NCBI GenBank assembly: GCA_963422735.1
Contig: OY730476.1
Coordinates: forward strand, 1,408,001 to 1,472,000
DNA from: Candidatus Latescibacterota bacterium
GTDB taxonomy: Bacteria; Latescibacterota; UBA2968; UBA8231
Length of the DNA: 64,000 nt
Direction: 5' to 3'
The translations under genes and the position numbers were made by a program. Below are positions 52,979 to 61,808 of this stretch, one piece after another (positions within the stretch are counted from its first letter, which is position 1; each line of letters starts with the position of its first letter). Below the pieces are notes generated by a model. It did no database searches and was not told the DNA's origin. It saw nothing but the letters and a program-made list of their open reading frames with translations.

Positions 52979-53916
52979 TGATAATGCACAATGTCGGCTA
53001 TGGCCTCGGCCACTTCCTCAGCCACTTCCGCTGGCACCCGCGGATTGAACGGGCCACCCTCGCCGCCATCTACATCGCTAAATCCTCCCAAGTGCATGGC
53101 CTCAACCACCGCTGAATAGTTGTACATGCGGCCGTTGCGGAAGCGAATTTCCTCTAGGGCCGCGAGCTGGTTTTCAATTTGCTGAGAGGTCGCAAAATCG
53201 CCCCGGCGCTGGGCGTTGTTGATCTCGTCTGAGGCGCGGGCAAAGGCCACGTTGATCCCCGAGGTATGCCCTTTGGTGCCGCGCTCGGCCGGCCCGGTCG
53301 AGCGGTCGCCCACTCCCCATATCACCAGCGCAGCTCCCTCCTCCACACCCGCGACAATCGGCTCGACATCCTCGACCGTGGTGCCGATTTTCAGCCCCAC
53401 GAAGTGCTCGGACTCGTTCATCAGCCGCACGGCTATCTCGCGCTCGGCTTGGTTGCGAAGGTAGTAGAGCAACTTGGCCCCGCACGAGCACCCCAACCGC
53501 TCGGCAAAATCCGCGTAGTACGCGAAAATGCCCTCTGGATTGGCCACGCCAGCAAGCGGCATGACGAGATAGACATCCGGGGGATATTCGAGCGCGGCCT
53601 CCCGCTCGATCAACCGCTCGGCATCTCCAACCGGATTGGGAGCAATCCCGGACATCAGCACCCCGCGCCCCCCCATCTGCTCGCCGGTAAAGCCCAACAG
53701 CCGCACTTGCTCGTCCGCGCTAATGTGGTGGATCAAGCTAGTGCCGGCGATGCCGATAACCCGGGGCCGGCTGCCGTCTAAGTGATTGTTCTCCATCAAG
53801 TAGTTGATGTTCTTGGCGTGGGCGTCGTAGTCGATTTGCCCCGTGCGAAAAGGGACCACCGGGATGGAGGTAACCGAGTTTAGCGCGGTGAGTAGGTTTT
53901 CTTTTTGCAATGGCAT
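52975..53916 (-). CDS. Divergent DHDPS/NanA-family lyase (KDG-dehydratase-like)
   Basis: IPVVPF, LLYY, VGLKIG (Schiff-base Lys), GHTSG; lacks GxxGE. Confidence 0.75.
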   Translation of the reverse strand: MPLQKENLLTALNSVTSIPVVPFRTGQIDYDAHAKNINYLMENNHLDGSRPRVIGIAGTSLIHHISADEQVRLLGFTGEQMGGRGVLMSGIAPNPVGDAERLIEREAALEYPPDVYLVMPLAGVANPEGIFAYYADFAERLGCSCGAKLLYYLRNQAEREIAVRLMNESEHFVGLKIGTTVEDVEPIVAGVEEGAALVIWGVGDRSTGPAERGTKGHTSGINVAFARASDEINNAQRRGDFATSQQIENQLAALEEIRFRNGRMYNYSAVVEAMHLGGFSDVDGGEGGPFNPRVPAEVAEEVAEAIADIVHYH

Positions 53917-53949
53917 TTTTAACCTCGACTTTGTTAGGTGGAGATGGAT

Positions 53950-55026
53950 TCAACGCTCGGGCGCGAAGCGGCGCATGTCGCGCCCCGGGGTTCCCTCGGC
54001 GATCCAGCGAGCGACGATTTGGCCGGTAATCGGGCCTAGCAAGACGCCGCTTTTGTAGTGCCCAGAGGCCACGAAGACTCGCGGCGCATCTGTCAGCGGG
54101 CCGATAAGCGGACGCCCGCCTCGGGGCTTGGGCCGCAGACCGGCCTGCTGGCGCGACAGCGGCAAGCACTTCCCCAGCGCAGAGCTTACCTCCGAGGTGA
54201 ACTCCGCCGCGGCCGCGCGAGTCGTTTCCAACCGAAAGCCGACCTCCTCCAACGTCGATCCCACGACCGTTTCGCCGTCGCTTGGAATGAGGTGGCGTCC
54301 GTTTATCCTCACTAGGTGGCGCAGCGGGGCACCGACAAAACGCGCTTGTTGGCCCCGCACCGGGCGCAGCGCGACTCGGGCACCGATCTGGGCGGCCAAT
54401 TCGCCGGTCCACGCCCCAGCCGCCAAGACCGCAAAATCGGCACGGTGAGTTCCGCGATTGGTGGCGACCTCGACGGCCTCGCCCTCTTGGGCAATGCGCC
54501 AGACGCGCGCTCCCCAAGCGGCGGATGCTCCCTGCTGGACGGCAGCCGCCCAAAGCGCCGCGCCCAATTTGAGGGGATCCACCCGGTGATCATCGGCAAA
54601 ATACAGACCCTCGCAGCCGCCGTCCAACGCCGGCTCCGCACCGCGCAAGGCCCGCTCGTCAAGACGCTCGACCCGACAGCCGCGCGCGCGGTTGAAGTGC
54701 CATACCTCCTCTAGCTGGGATGCGTCGGTAAAAAGCTCGATGCCGCCGAGGGGACGCCAGCTCACATCCGCGTCCATATCTTCGGCTAGGTCGCGGGCCA
54801 GCCTCGTATGCAGAGCGTGGCCGTCGCGGAAAAGCTGAGCGTAGGGATTGTCACCGCCGTTGCAATGGGTGAGGACGCCCAAAGAGGCCCGACTCGTGGG
54901 CGAGCCTGCGGCGCTCCCCTCGTCGAGCAGGACGACCTTCGCACCCTGCCGCACGAGGAAATAGGCGGTCGAGCGGCCGATGATACCAGCCCCGACCACC
55001 AACACGCGCCCGCCCGCCAAGGTCAT
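53950..55026 (-). CDS. FAD-dependent oxidoreductase (glycine oxidase/DAO family)
   Basis: GAGIIG, PVRGQ, AGLRP, GHYKSGVLLGPITG. Confidence 0.9.
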   Translation of the reverse strand: MTLAGGRVLVVGAGIIGRSTAYFLVRQGAKVVLLDEGSAAGSPTSRASLGVLTHCNGGDNPYAQLFRDGHALHTRLARDLAEDMDADVSWRPLGGIELFTDASQLEEVWHFNRARGCRVERLDERALRGAEPALDGGCEGLYFADDHRVDPLKLGAALWAAAVQQGASAAWGARVWRIAQEGEAVEVATNRGTHRADFAVLAAGAWTGELAAQIGARVALRPVRGQQARFVGAPLRHLVRINGRHLIPSDGETVVGSTLEEVGFRLETTRAAAAEFTSEVSSALGKCLPLSRQQAGLRPKPRGGRPLIGPLTDAPRVFVASGHYKSGVLLGPITGQIVARWIAEGTPGRDMRRFAPER

Positions 55027-56196
55027 CTAACGACCGATTATCGGCGGCAGGTTGGTAGTTGGGCAGGCGCGAGGGCCGCTCACCGGATAGCCCATATCCG
55101 CGAGGACGCAGTTGATTTGGGCCTCTAGCTTGAGCAGGTACTCTTGCTCGGCCGCGCTGCTCGACGCACGCGCTGGGCCTACGTCAAAGCCGCGGGCGGC
55201 CACGCCGGTCTTGAAACCCTCTGGGAAGTTGACTCCTAAGAGCATGAGGTTAATTAGGTCGAGGATGCGGTATTGCAATTTGCGGGCGCGTTCGACGTCG
55301 CCGCTTTTGGCCTTTTCATAAAGCTCGACGATGACTTCCGGGACGATGCCCGAGGTGGCGATGGTGCCCCCGCTGGCACCCATCAGCACCGAGGGGAAGA
55401 CGATCTCCTCGCAACCGGTCATTACCACGTAGTCGGGGCGTTGTTGGCGCAGGCGATGCATGGTGTTGAGCAGCCGCGGCAGGTCGCGGCTGGAGTCCTT
55501 GGTACCGAAGATCCGCTCGTAGGGCAAGAGCCGCTCCATCAAATCTATCGACAGCTCTTGGGTAAATTGCGGGATGTTGTACAGCAAGATGTCCAACGGC
55601 GACTCTTCGGCGATTTCGGCGAAGTACTCGAAGAGGCTCTCGCTGGAAATCTCATAGTAATAGGGGGGCATCAGCGCAATGGCATCCACGCCGAGCGAGG
55701 CGTAGTATTCGGCCATCTTGAGCACGTCGCGCAAGTTGGCCTCGCTGGCTCCGGCCAATACGGGTACGCGTCCCTTGTTGACCTCGCAGACCAGCCGCAC
55801 CACATCTTGGCGCTCCTCCCGCGACAGGCGCGCGAACTCGCCGGTGCTGCCATTGGGGTACAGCCCGTGGATCCCGACCTCTATAAGCCAGTTGATGTAG
55901 CGCTCCATCTCGGCGTGGTTGATCTCGTTCTGACTATCGAAAAGGACGACATTAGGGCAGAAGATGCCAGCAAATGCCTTGCGGCCGACGGCGCGGGGAA
56001 CCGCTGGTGCCGGTGCTGGCACTGGGGGGGCTTGGCCGTCGGCCTCCCGACGCATCACCTCGACGCCTTGGACGCGCAAAAAGTCCTGTGCCGAGGGCGT
56101 CAGCTTGGCTCCCGGGCCAAGCTCGACCTGCCGTTCGCCAGCTAGGCAGCCCTCCAAGGTCTGAGCGGTAATTACTGCATCATCAATCCGAATCAT
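55027..56196 (-). CDS. DHDPS/NanA-family aldolase with extra N-terminal domain (probable BMC signature enzyme)
   Basis: NGSTGEF, YNIPQF, GTKDSS; ~50-aa N-terminal domain plus Pro/Ala linker. Confidence 0.88.
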   Translation of the reverse strand: MIRIDDAVITAQTLEGCLAGERQVELGPGAKLTPSAQDFLRVQGVEVMRREADGQAPPVPAPAPAVPRAVGRKAFAGIFCPNVVLFDSQNEINHAEMERYINWLIEVGIHGLYPNGSTGEFARLSREERQDVVRLVCEVNKGRVPVLAGASEANLRDVLKMAEYYASLGVDAIALMPPYYYEISSESLFEYFAEIAEESPLDILLYNIPQFTQELSIDLMERLLPYERIFGTKDSSRDLPRLLNTMHRLRQQRPDYVVMTGCEEIVFPSVLMGASGGTIATSGIVPEVIVELYEKAKSGDVERARKLQYRILDLINLMLLGVNFPEGFKTGVAARGFDVGPARASSSAAEQEYLLKLEAQINCVLADMGYPVSGPRACPTTNLPPIIGR

Positions 56197-56210
56197 TCTT
56201 CGCGTCCTCG

Positions 56211-57365
56211 CTAAACGTGCGGCAGGCGGCCTTCGAGGCCTCTATAGGGCTGCGGAATGGCGTAGGCCGAGACCAGTTCTCCGTGAGCGACGGCCTCCTG
56301 CCGGCCCGCCTCTATGGCGACCTGCACAGCGCCGACATCGCCGCGGACGACGGCGGCAGTCAAGTAGTACCCCACTTTATAGGCTCCCTCGTATTCGACG
56401 GCCGCGGCCTTGAGCATCCGATCGACGGCCCGCACTAAGGCCACGGTGCTGCGCGTCTCGATCAGCCCCATAGCCTGCCGCGCACCCGGGCCAAGGCCCT
56501 CAGCTGCAGTGGCAAAACGGGCGACTAGCGCGGGATCGGGCCTAGAGACTACGGCCGAGGCGTCGAGCTGCCCCAAGGCCGTAGCGGCCGCGGCACCGGC
56601 GCGCACCGCGACCTGCACATCGTCGAGTTGGCCGGTGGCCAGCACGACAATCCGCCCGCCGCTGCCCATGCTCAAGCGCTCGATTTGGACATCCGCGGCC
56701 TTGAGCATGGCGTCGGCGCTGCCCACGATCGCAGCGTAACCAATGGTCTCTACGAGACCCAAGGCACCAGTGGAGCGCGGCGCGGACGCCGGCGCGGGCG
56801 GCAACAGAGGGCCTAGCCCCTCGCTGGGCTGGGGCAAAACAAGGGTCGCGTACACTGTGCCAATCCGCTCGGCTGCTTGCCGGCCAGCTTCTAGCGCCGT
56901 TTGCACGGCCGCCACATCGCCAAAGACCGGCGCGTGGCACAGAGCACCACCGATGAAGGCCCAGCCCCCTAGTTCCACTTGGGCGGCCTTGAGCATGGCG
57001 TCGGCGCCAGCCACTAGCGGCGTCAGGCCCTGCGTTTCCAACAGGCCAATCGCCTGCGGCTGTACCTGTTCGGCACCGAGGCCGGTTGCGTGGGGCATAG
57101 CATCCACGGCGCGCGCGTCCGGCCGCGGCACCACTTGCGCACCAATTAATTCGCCGGTGCGGTTCGCCTCGACCTCGCCGACGCGAATAGCTACCTCCAC
57201 GTCAGCCACTTGGCCGGCAATTACTGCGGTGAGCCAACCCGAGCCGATGCCGTGCCGACCGCAGAGGCGTATCTCAGCGGCCTTGAGCATGGCGTCGGTG
57301 GAAGCCATTAGCGACGCCATGCCGCACGTCTCCAGCATGCCGATTGCTCCGCTAGACACCGCCAC
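56211..57365 (-). CDS. BMC shell protein with four BMC domains
   Basis: Four repeats of A(I/L/M)G(M/L)xET...DxMLKAA...G(D/Q)(V/L)xxV...(P/S)(R/Q)P. Confidence 0.9.
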   Translation of the reverse strand: MAVSSGAIGMLETCGMASLMASTDAMLKAAEIRLCGRHGIGSGWLTAVIAGQVADVEVAIRVGEVEANRTGELIGAQVVPRPDARAVDAMPHATGLGAEQVQPQAIGLLETQGLTPLVAGADAMLKAAQVELGGWAFIGGALCHAPVFGDVAAVQTALEAGRQAAERIGTVYATLVLPQPSEGLGPLLPPAPASAPRSTGALGLVETIGYAAIVGSADAMLKAADVQIERLSMGSGGRIVVLATGQLDDVQVAVRAGAAAATALGQLDASAVVSRPDPALVARFATAAEGLGPGARQAMGLIETRSTVALVRAVDRMLKAAAVEYEGAYKVGYYLTAAVVRGDVGAVQVAIEAGRQEAVAHGELVSAYAIPQPYRGLEGRLPHV

Positions 57366-57936
57366 CCCCTATCGGCACGGCATATGCGGCCAAGACCTCT
57401 GGCCGCGGCTGCGGGATCAGTGCCGTGCTCAGCAAGCGCTCGCAGTCCGCGAGCAGCTTTTGTGCGACGGCTATGGCTTCGGTGACGGCTCCTACGTCCC
57501 CCAAGACCAGCGAACATACCACGCGGTCGTGGACCGTCAGCACGTTGATTACTTCGACGGCAACCGTCTTGACCATCTGATCGTTGGTGTGGATATGGCC
57601 CCCGTAGCCGCGCGTCTCGACCAGCCCCAAGGCACCGGCGGGAAAGTCGCTGTGGGCACGGACCGGAAAATCGACAAAATGGAGGCAGGCGGGAGCGGGT
57701 TGGTGTAGGGACACCGCCATCACGTGTTCTATTACTCCGCGGGCCGCTTCTTCGCCGCTTTGCAGCGCGGCGGCCACATCGCTGATCGACCCGGTAAAAA
57801 AGGCAGTGGTATAACCGCCGATCGACGCCCAACCTGCGAGCTTCACGTCCGCGGCTTTGCAGGCCGCATCTGCACCCACAATAGCGGCAGCCACGCCTTC
57901 CACTTCGATCATGCCGACTGCTGGGAACCCCGCCAT
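57352..57936 (-). CDS. BMC shell protein with two divergent domains
   Basis: AVGMIEV...DAACKAA and ALGLVETRG...GDVGAV...IPQP. Confidence 0.88.
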   Translation of the reverse strand: MAGFPAVGMIEVEGVAAAIVGADAACKAADVKLAGWASIGGYTTAFFTGSISDVAAALQSGEEAARGVIEHVMAVSLHQPAPACLHFVDFPVRAHSDFPAGALGLVETRGYGGHIHTNDQMVKTVAVEVINVLTVHDRVVCSLVLGDVGAVTEAIAVAQKLLADCERLLSTALIPQPRPEVLAAYAVPIGGGGV

Positions 57937-57939
57937 AGC

Positions 57940-58389
57940 TCAGTCTGCCAGCCGATGAGTTACCAGCTCGGCGACCTGTTCGACTAAGGCTTCCGGGTCA
58001 GTGGCTTGGCCCTTCTCGATTTGTTGTAAAAGCGTCTTGTAGCGGTTGCAGCCGGCGCAACTCGCCTCGAGGTCGCCCGCCTTCTTGCGCTGGTGAACGG
58101 CGCAATCGCCGCAGTGCGCCGGCTCGACGTACCCCGAGCCAAATTCCTCGTGCTGGCAGCCGCAGGCGCGGTCGGGATGCTCGCACCGGCCCACGTCCGC
58201 AGTGCCGGCGGCGGCTGCCGCAACGGCCTCCCCACGGCTCAACTGCAACCGGTGCTGGCGGATGTAATCCCAAGCCGTCGGGGTCAAGATGGCACTGGGG
58301 GCCACGCTGAGTGCCCGCTCGCCCTTGTGCTCGCGCCCGAGTAAGTCCCCAGTGACGACCGGGGCGTCAATGTGCAAAGCCTCGGCCAC
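57940..58389 (-). CDS. Cys-rich BMC-associated hypothetical protein
   Basis: LTPTAWDY domain; 7 Cys; C-terminal amphipathic helix DPEALVEQVAELVTHRL. Confidence 0.75.
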   Translation of the reverse strand: MAEALHIDAPVVTGDLLGREHKGERALSVAPSAILTPTAWDYIRQHRLQLSRGEAVAAAAAGTADVGRCEHPDRACGCQHEEFGSGYVEPAHCGDCAVHQRKKAGDLEASCAGCNRYKTLLQQIEKGQATDPEALVEQVAELVTHRLAD

Positions 58390-58393
58390 CTAG

Positions 58394-58657
58394 CTAACCA
58401 ATGTGGTCTGTCAGCCCCTCAGTCGGGCGGGGAATCACGTGGACACTGCGCAGCTCGCCGATGCGCTGGGCGGCTTGCGCACCCGCATCTACGGCCGCTT
58501 TGACAGCCGCTACGTCGCCTTCGACTAGCACGGTAATTAGGCCACTACCCACGCGCTTTTGGCCCGCATAGCTCACGTCGGCGGTCTTCAACATGGCGTC
58601 GAGGGCTTCGACGACGCAGACCAAACCGCGGGTCTCGACCATGCCCAATGCTTTCAT
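58394..58657 (-). CDS. BMC-H hexamer shell protein (EutM/PduA-like)
   Basis: [33 protein letters not shown]. Confidence 0.95.
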   Translation of the reverse strand: MKALGMVETRGLVCVVEALDAMLKTADVSYAGQKRVGSGLITVLVEGDVAAVKAAVDAGAQAAQRIGELRSVHVIPRPTEGLTDHIG

Positions 58658-58672
58658 TTTTGTCTCCTCTCT

Positions 58673-59233
58673 CTATAAGTACAGCGCGACGAGATCGTCG
58701 TGGGGGCGGGGAATCACGTGCTGCGATACGAGCTCGCCTACGCGCTCGGCCGACTCAGCACCAGCACTGACCGAAGCCTGCACCGAGCCGACATCGCCGC
58801 TGACTATGACGGTGATGTACCCGCCGCCGATGTCTTGGAGCTTGATGACCTCCACATCGGCGGCCTTGCTCATAGCGTCGGCCGCTTCGACCACGCCGAT
58901 GGCCCCTTTCGTTTCAATGAGGCCCAAGGCGCGGACGCGGTCATCGCTGTCGCTGCTGTCGCTGCGCTCGGGCACGACGGCCGTCAACTCGCTGTGCGGG
59001 CGGGGAATCACGTGTACCGAATGCACCTCCCCGACCTTGGCCGCAGCGGTCGAGCCGGCATCCACGGCCGACTTAACAGCCGCCACATCGCCCGAGCAAA
59101 ATACGGTCACCAAGCCAGAGCCGACTCTGTCCCAGCCCAAAAGCTGCACGCTGGCGGCCTTGGCCATGGCGTCGCCGGCCTCGACGACCCCGACTAGTCC
59201 CACGGTTTCTACCATGCCTATTGCATCCGACAT
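58673..59233 (-). CDS. Tandem BMC shell protein (two canonical domains)
   Basis: Both halves keep KAA, GSG/GGG, GDV and VIPRPH. Confidence 0.93.
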   Translation of the reverse strand: MSDAIGMVETVGLVGVVEAGDAMAKAASVQLLGWDRVGSGLVTVFCSGDVAAVKSAVDAGSTAAAKVGEVHSVHVIPRPHSELTAVVPERSDSSDSDDRVRALGLIETKGAIGVVEAADAMSKAADVEVIKLQDIGGGYITVIVSGDVGSVQASVSAGAESAERVGELVSQHVIPRPHDDLVALYL

Positions 59234-59269
59234 CCCTTACCTCCTGAAGTAATTGTGCGGATTTTGCGT

Positions 59270-59944
59270 TCAACGCTCCAAATATACCTTGTGGGCATGT
59301 ACCAAATCAATCGCATTGCCCTCGTCCGTGTCGATGTGAACCTCCAAGCGCTCGCGCTCGCTGACTCGGCAGATCAATCCTTCCAAGACCCCGCCCTGAT
59401 CGCCTTCTATTACCAGCCGCAGTAAGTCCCCCGGGCCGACCCCGTAATACGCGGCTTCTGCCGGGTTTAGATGCACGTGGCGGGCCGCCCGGATCACCCC
59501 ATGATCTAACTCCAGCCCCCCAGCCGGCCCCACCAAGTAGCAGCCCGGCGTCCCCTCGATGTTGCTGCTGGGCCGCACCGGCGCGTCAATGCCCAAAAAG
59601 CGGGCATCTGTAAAGGCCAGCTCCACCTGGTTGTAATCGCGCAATGGGCCGAGGATTCGGACATTGGGAACCACCTGCTTGCGCGGACCGAAAACCGACA
59701 CCGTCTGCTCGGCGGCAAAAGCGCCCTCTTGGTACAGGGCCTTCTGCACGGTTAGCTCAGCACCCGCGCCGAAGAGCGCGTTCAGCGCCTCTTGGTTGAG
59801 GTGGACGTGGCGGGCGGACATATTGACAACCAGCCTCGGGGCTGAGGGTGCCTGCTCTAGCTGAGCGTCGGGCAGGTGATCGTACACCACTCGGCGCACC
59901 AACGCCTCAATCTGCTTGCGGTCCAGTCCAGCCGCTTCCATCAT
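59270..59944 (-). CDS. pduL: PduL-type phosphotransacylase with N-terminal encapsulation peptide
   Basis: SARHVHL, RHVHL, HIDTDEGNA; IEALVRRVV helix. Confidence 0.95.
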   Translation of the reverse strand: MMEAAGLDRKQIEALVRRVVYDHLPDAQLEQAPSAPRLVVNMSARHVHLNQEALNALFGAGAELTVQKALYQEGAFAAEQTVSVFGPRKQVVPNVRILGPLRDYNQVELAFTDARFLGIDAPVRPSSNIEGTPGCYLVGPAGGLELDHGVIRAARHVHLNPAEAAYYGVGPGDLLRLVIEGDQGGVLEGLICRVSERERLEVHIDTDEGNAIDLVHAHKVYLER

Positions 59945-60259
59945 CTACTCTTCGCGGCTCAGTTGCCGACAGTCGAAGTCCTTGCCCATAGCCTGTAGCG
60001 AATCGACGATCCCGACGATTACCGCGTCGGCTGGCACATCGCCCAAGTTCGGGGCGATCCGCGACGAACTGCCCTGCACCAAAATCACCAGCTCGCCCTT
60101 GCCCGCTTGCACCGCGTCGATGCAGACCATATCCCGCCCCGTCAGCACCAAACCGCGCTCGCGCACCGACGCGATTTCGACGACTAGGAGCTTCTTGCCG
60201 TTGAGGCTTGGGACCTTGGCCGTGGAGACCAAATGCCCTTTGACTTGGCCCAAGAGCAT
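59945..60259 (-). CDS. eutN: BMC-P vertex protein (EutN/CcmL)
   Basis: MLLGQVKG..VSTAK, DAVQAGKGE.V, GSSSR, DAVIVGIVD. Confidence 0.95.
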   Translation of the reverse strand: MLLGQVKGHLVSTAKVPSLNGKKLLVVEIASVRERGLVLTGRDMVCIDAVQAGKGELVILVQGSSSRIAPNLGDVPADAVIVGIVDSLQAMGKDFDCRQLSREE

Positions 60260-61671
60260 CAGGTGATGCGGAAGTAATCGACGAGGGCGCAGCGGCGCTG
60301 GCGGGTAAAGGTTCGCGGCGAAGTCAGGCCCTCGCCCGTAGGCCCGGCAATGGAGTACGTCCCAAAGCCCTCGCCGCCCAAGCCAACCCCGGCGTAGGAA
60401 GGGCCGTTCTTGACGAAAATAGTGGTATCTACGGCGCGGGCCATGTTGTGCATGTTTTCGATGTTGCGCGAATGGATTACGGCCGTGTGCCCGTAGCCGT
60501 GCTCGGAGATGACGGCCTCGCGGATGGCTTGATCGATGTTGGGAACCCGCACGACCGGCAGAAAGGGCATCATCTGCTCCTCGCGCACGAAAACGTGATT
60601 GGCATCGGTCTCGCCAATGAGCATGCGCAGCGACGAGTCGAGCCGGAGGCCAATGCGCTCGCCCAGCACGGCGGCGTCGCGCCCCACTAGCTCGCGGCTG
60701 ACGGCGAGATGTCCGTCTGGCCCTTCGACAAAGGCCACCTGCGCGAGAGCCTCGATCTGCCGCGCATCGAGCTCATAGGCATTGTACTGGACCATCAGCC
60801 GCTTGAGCTCGTCGGCAACTGACGCGACGGCAAAAACCTGCTTCTCGCCGATGCAGAGAATGTTGTTGTCAAAGCCCCCCCCGTCGATGATGTCGCGCGC
60901 GGCCTTGGCCAAATCGGCCGTTTCATCAACCACCACGGGCGGATTGCCCGGGCCGGCGATGATGGCCTTTTTGGGACTGCCCAGCGCGGCCTTGGCCACG
61001 CCCGGCCCGCCAGTGACCAGCAGAAGGCGGACGTCCGGGTGGTTGAACAACTCGTTGGCCGTCTCAATGGTCGGCGTTTCGACCGCGGTCACCAAGTTGG
61101 CCGGCCCGCCGACTGCGACGATGGCTTGATTAATCAAGCCCACCGCGAATATGGAGACCTTTCTGCCCGCCGGATGTACGTTGAAGACGACCGAGTTGCC
61201 CGCGGCGACAATGCAAATGGCGTTGTTGACCATCGTTGGCACGGGATGCGTCGATGGGGTGACCGCGCCGATGACCCCATAGGGCGCCATTTCGACTACG
61301 GTCAGCCCGTGATCGCCGGTCCACGAAATTGCCTCTAGATCTTCGACGCCGGGTGTGGTGTCGGCCGCGACTTGGTGCTTGATAATCTTGTCTTCCAACC
61401 GCCCCATGCCCGTCTCAGCCAAGGCCCGCCGCGACAATTCCCCGGCGTGGACGTGCGCCGTCTGCCGGAGGGCCGCGACGATTTTTTTGCGCTCCTCCAG
61501 CGACAAGGCGACCAACTGCTGCTGGGCGCGGGTCGCTCCTTGGACGGCCGCGTCAATTGTCGCGAAGACGCCGGTGTTCCCGCCCTCGCTGCTGCCCCCG
61601 CCGCTGACGACTCGCTGTACTACTTCCTCGACTATTTTGCGTACGTGTTCTTCGCTGACGTTTTGGGGCAC
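60259..61671 (-). CDS. eutE: CoA-acylating aldehyde dehydrogenase (EutE/PduP) with encapsulation peptide
   Basis: PYGVIGAVTPSTHP, AGPGNPP, FDNNILCIGEK, GPTGEG; VRKIVEEVVQRV. Confidence 0.95.
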   Translation of the reverse strand: MPQNVSEEHVRKIVEEVVQRVVSGGGSSEGGNTGVFATIDAAVQGATRAQQQLVALSLEERKKIVAALRQTAHVHAGELSRRALAETGMGRLEDKIIKHQVAADTTPGVEDLEAISWTGDHGLTVVEMAPYGVIGAVTPSTHPVPTMVNNAICIVAAGNSVVFNVHPAGRKVSIFAVGLINQAIVAVGGPANLVTAVETPTIETANELFNHPDVRLLLVTGGPGVAKAALGSPKKAIIAGPGNPPVVVDETADLAKAARDIIDGGGFDNNILCIGEKQVFAVASVADELKRLMVQYNAYELDARQIEALAQVAFVEGPDGHLAVSRELVGRDAAVLGERIGLRLDSSLRMLIGETDANHVFVREEQMMPFLPVVRVPNIDQAIREAVISEHGYGHTAVIHSRNIENMHNMARAVDTTIFVKNGPSYAGVGLGGEGFGTYSIAGPTGEGLTSPRTFTRQRRCALVDYFRIT

Positions 61672-61710
61672 GCTCTTTCCTCGCGTTGGGTTTAATATTT
61701 AAGAACGGGG

Positions 61711-61774
61711 AAAATAGGCGGCCCGACCCCAAGCGTCAAGGTTATTTGACGGACTGCCAGCCCTGCCTTAAGGT
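61711..61774. promoter_or_regulatory. Back-to-back sigma70-like promoters
   Basis: Minus: TTGACG-17-TATTTT (BMC operon). Plus: TTGACG-17-TAAGGT (FAH gene). Confidence 0.6.
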
Positions 61775-61808
61775 TTGTGCAAGTGCTGAAAAAACAAAGG
61801 AGAAAGAC

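Noticed and set aside
55027-56196. Lysine-biosynthesis dapA
   Set aside because: Lacks the DapA Arg after YNxP, has an extra N-terminal domain and sits in a BMC operon.
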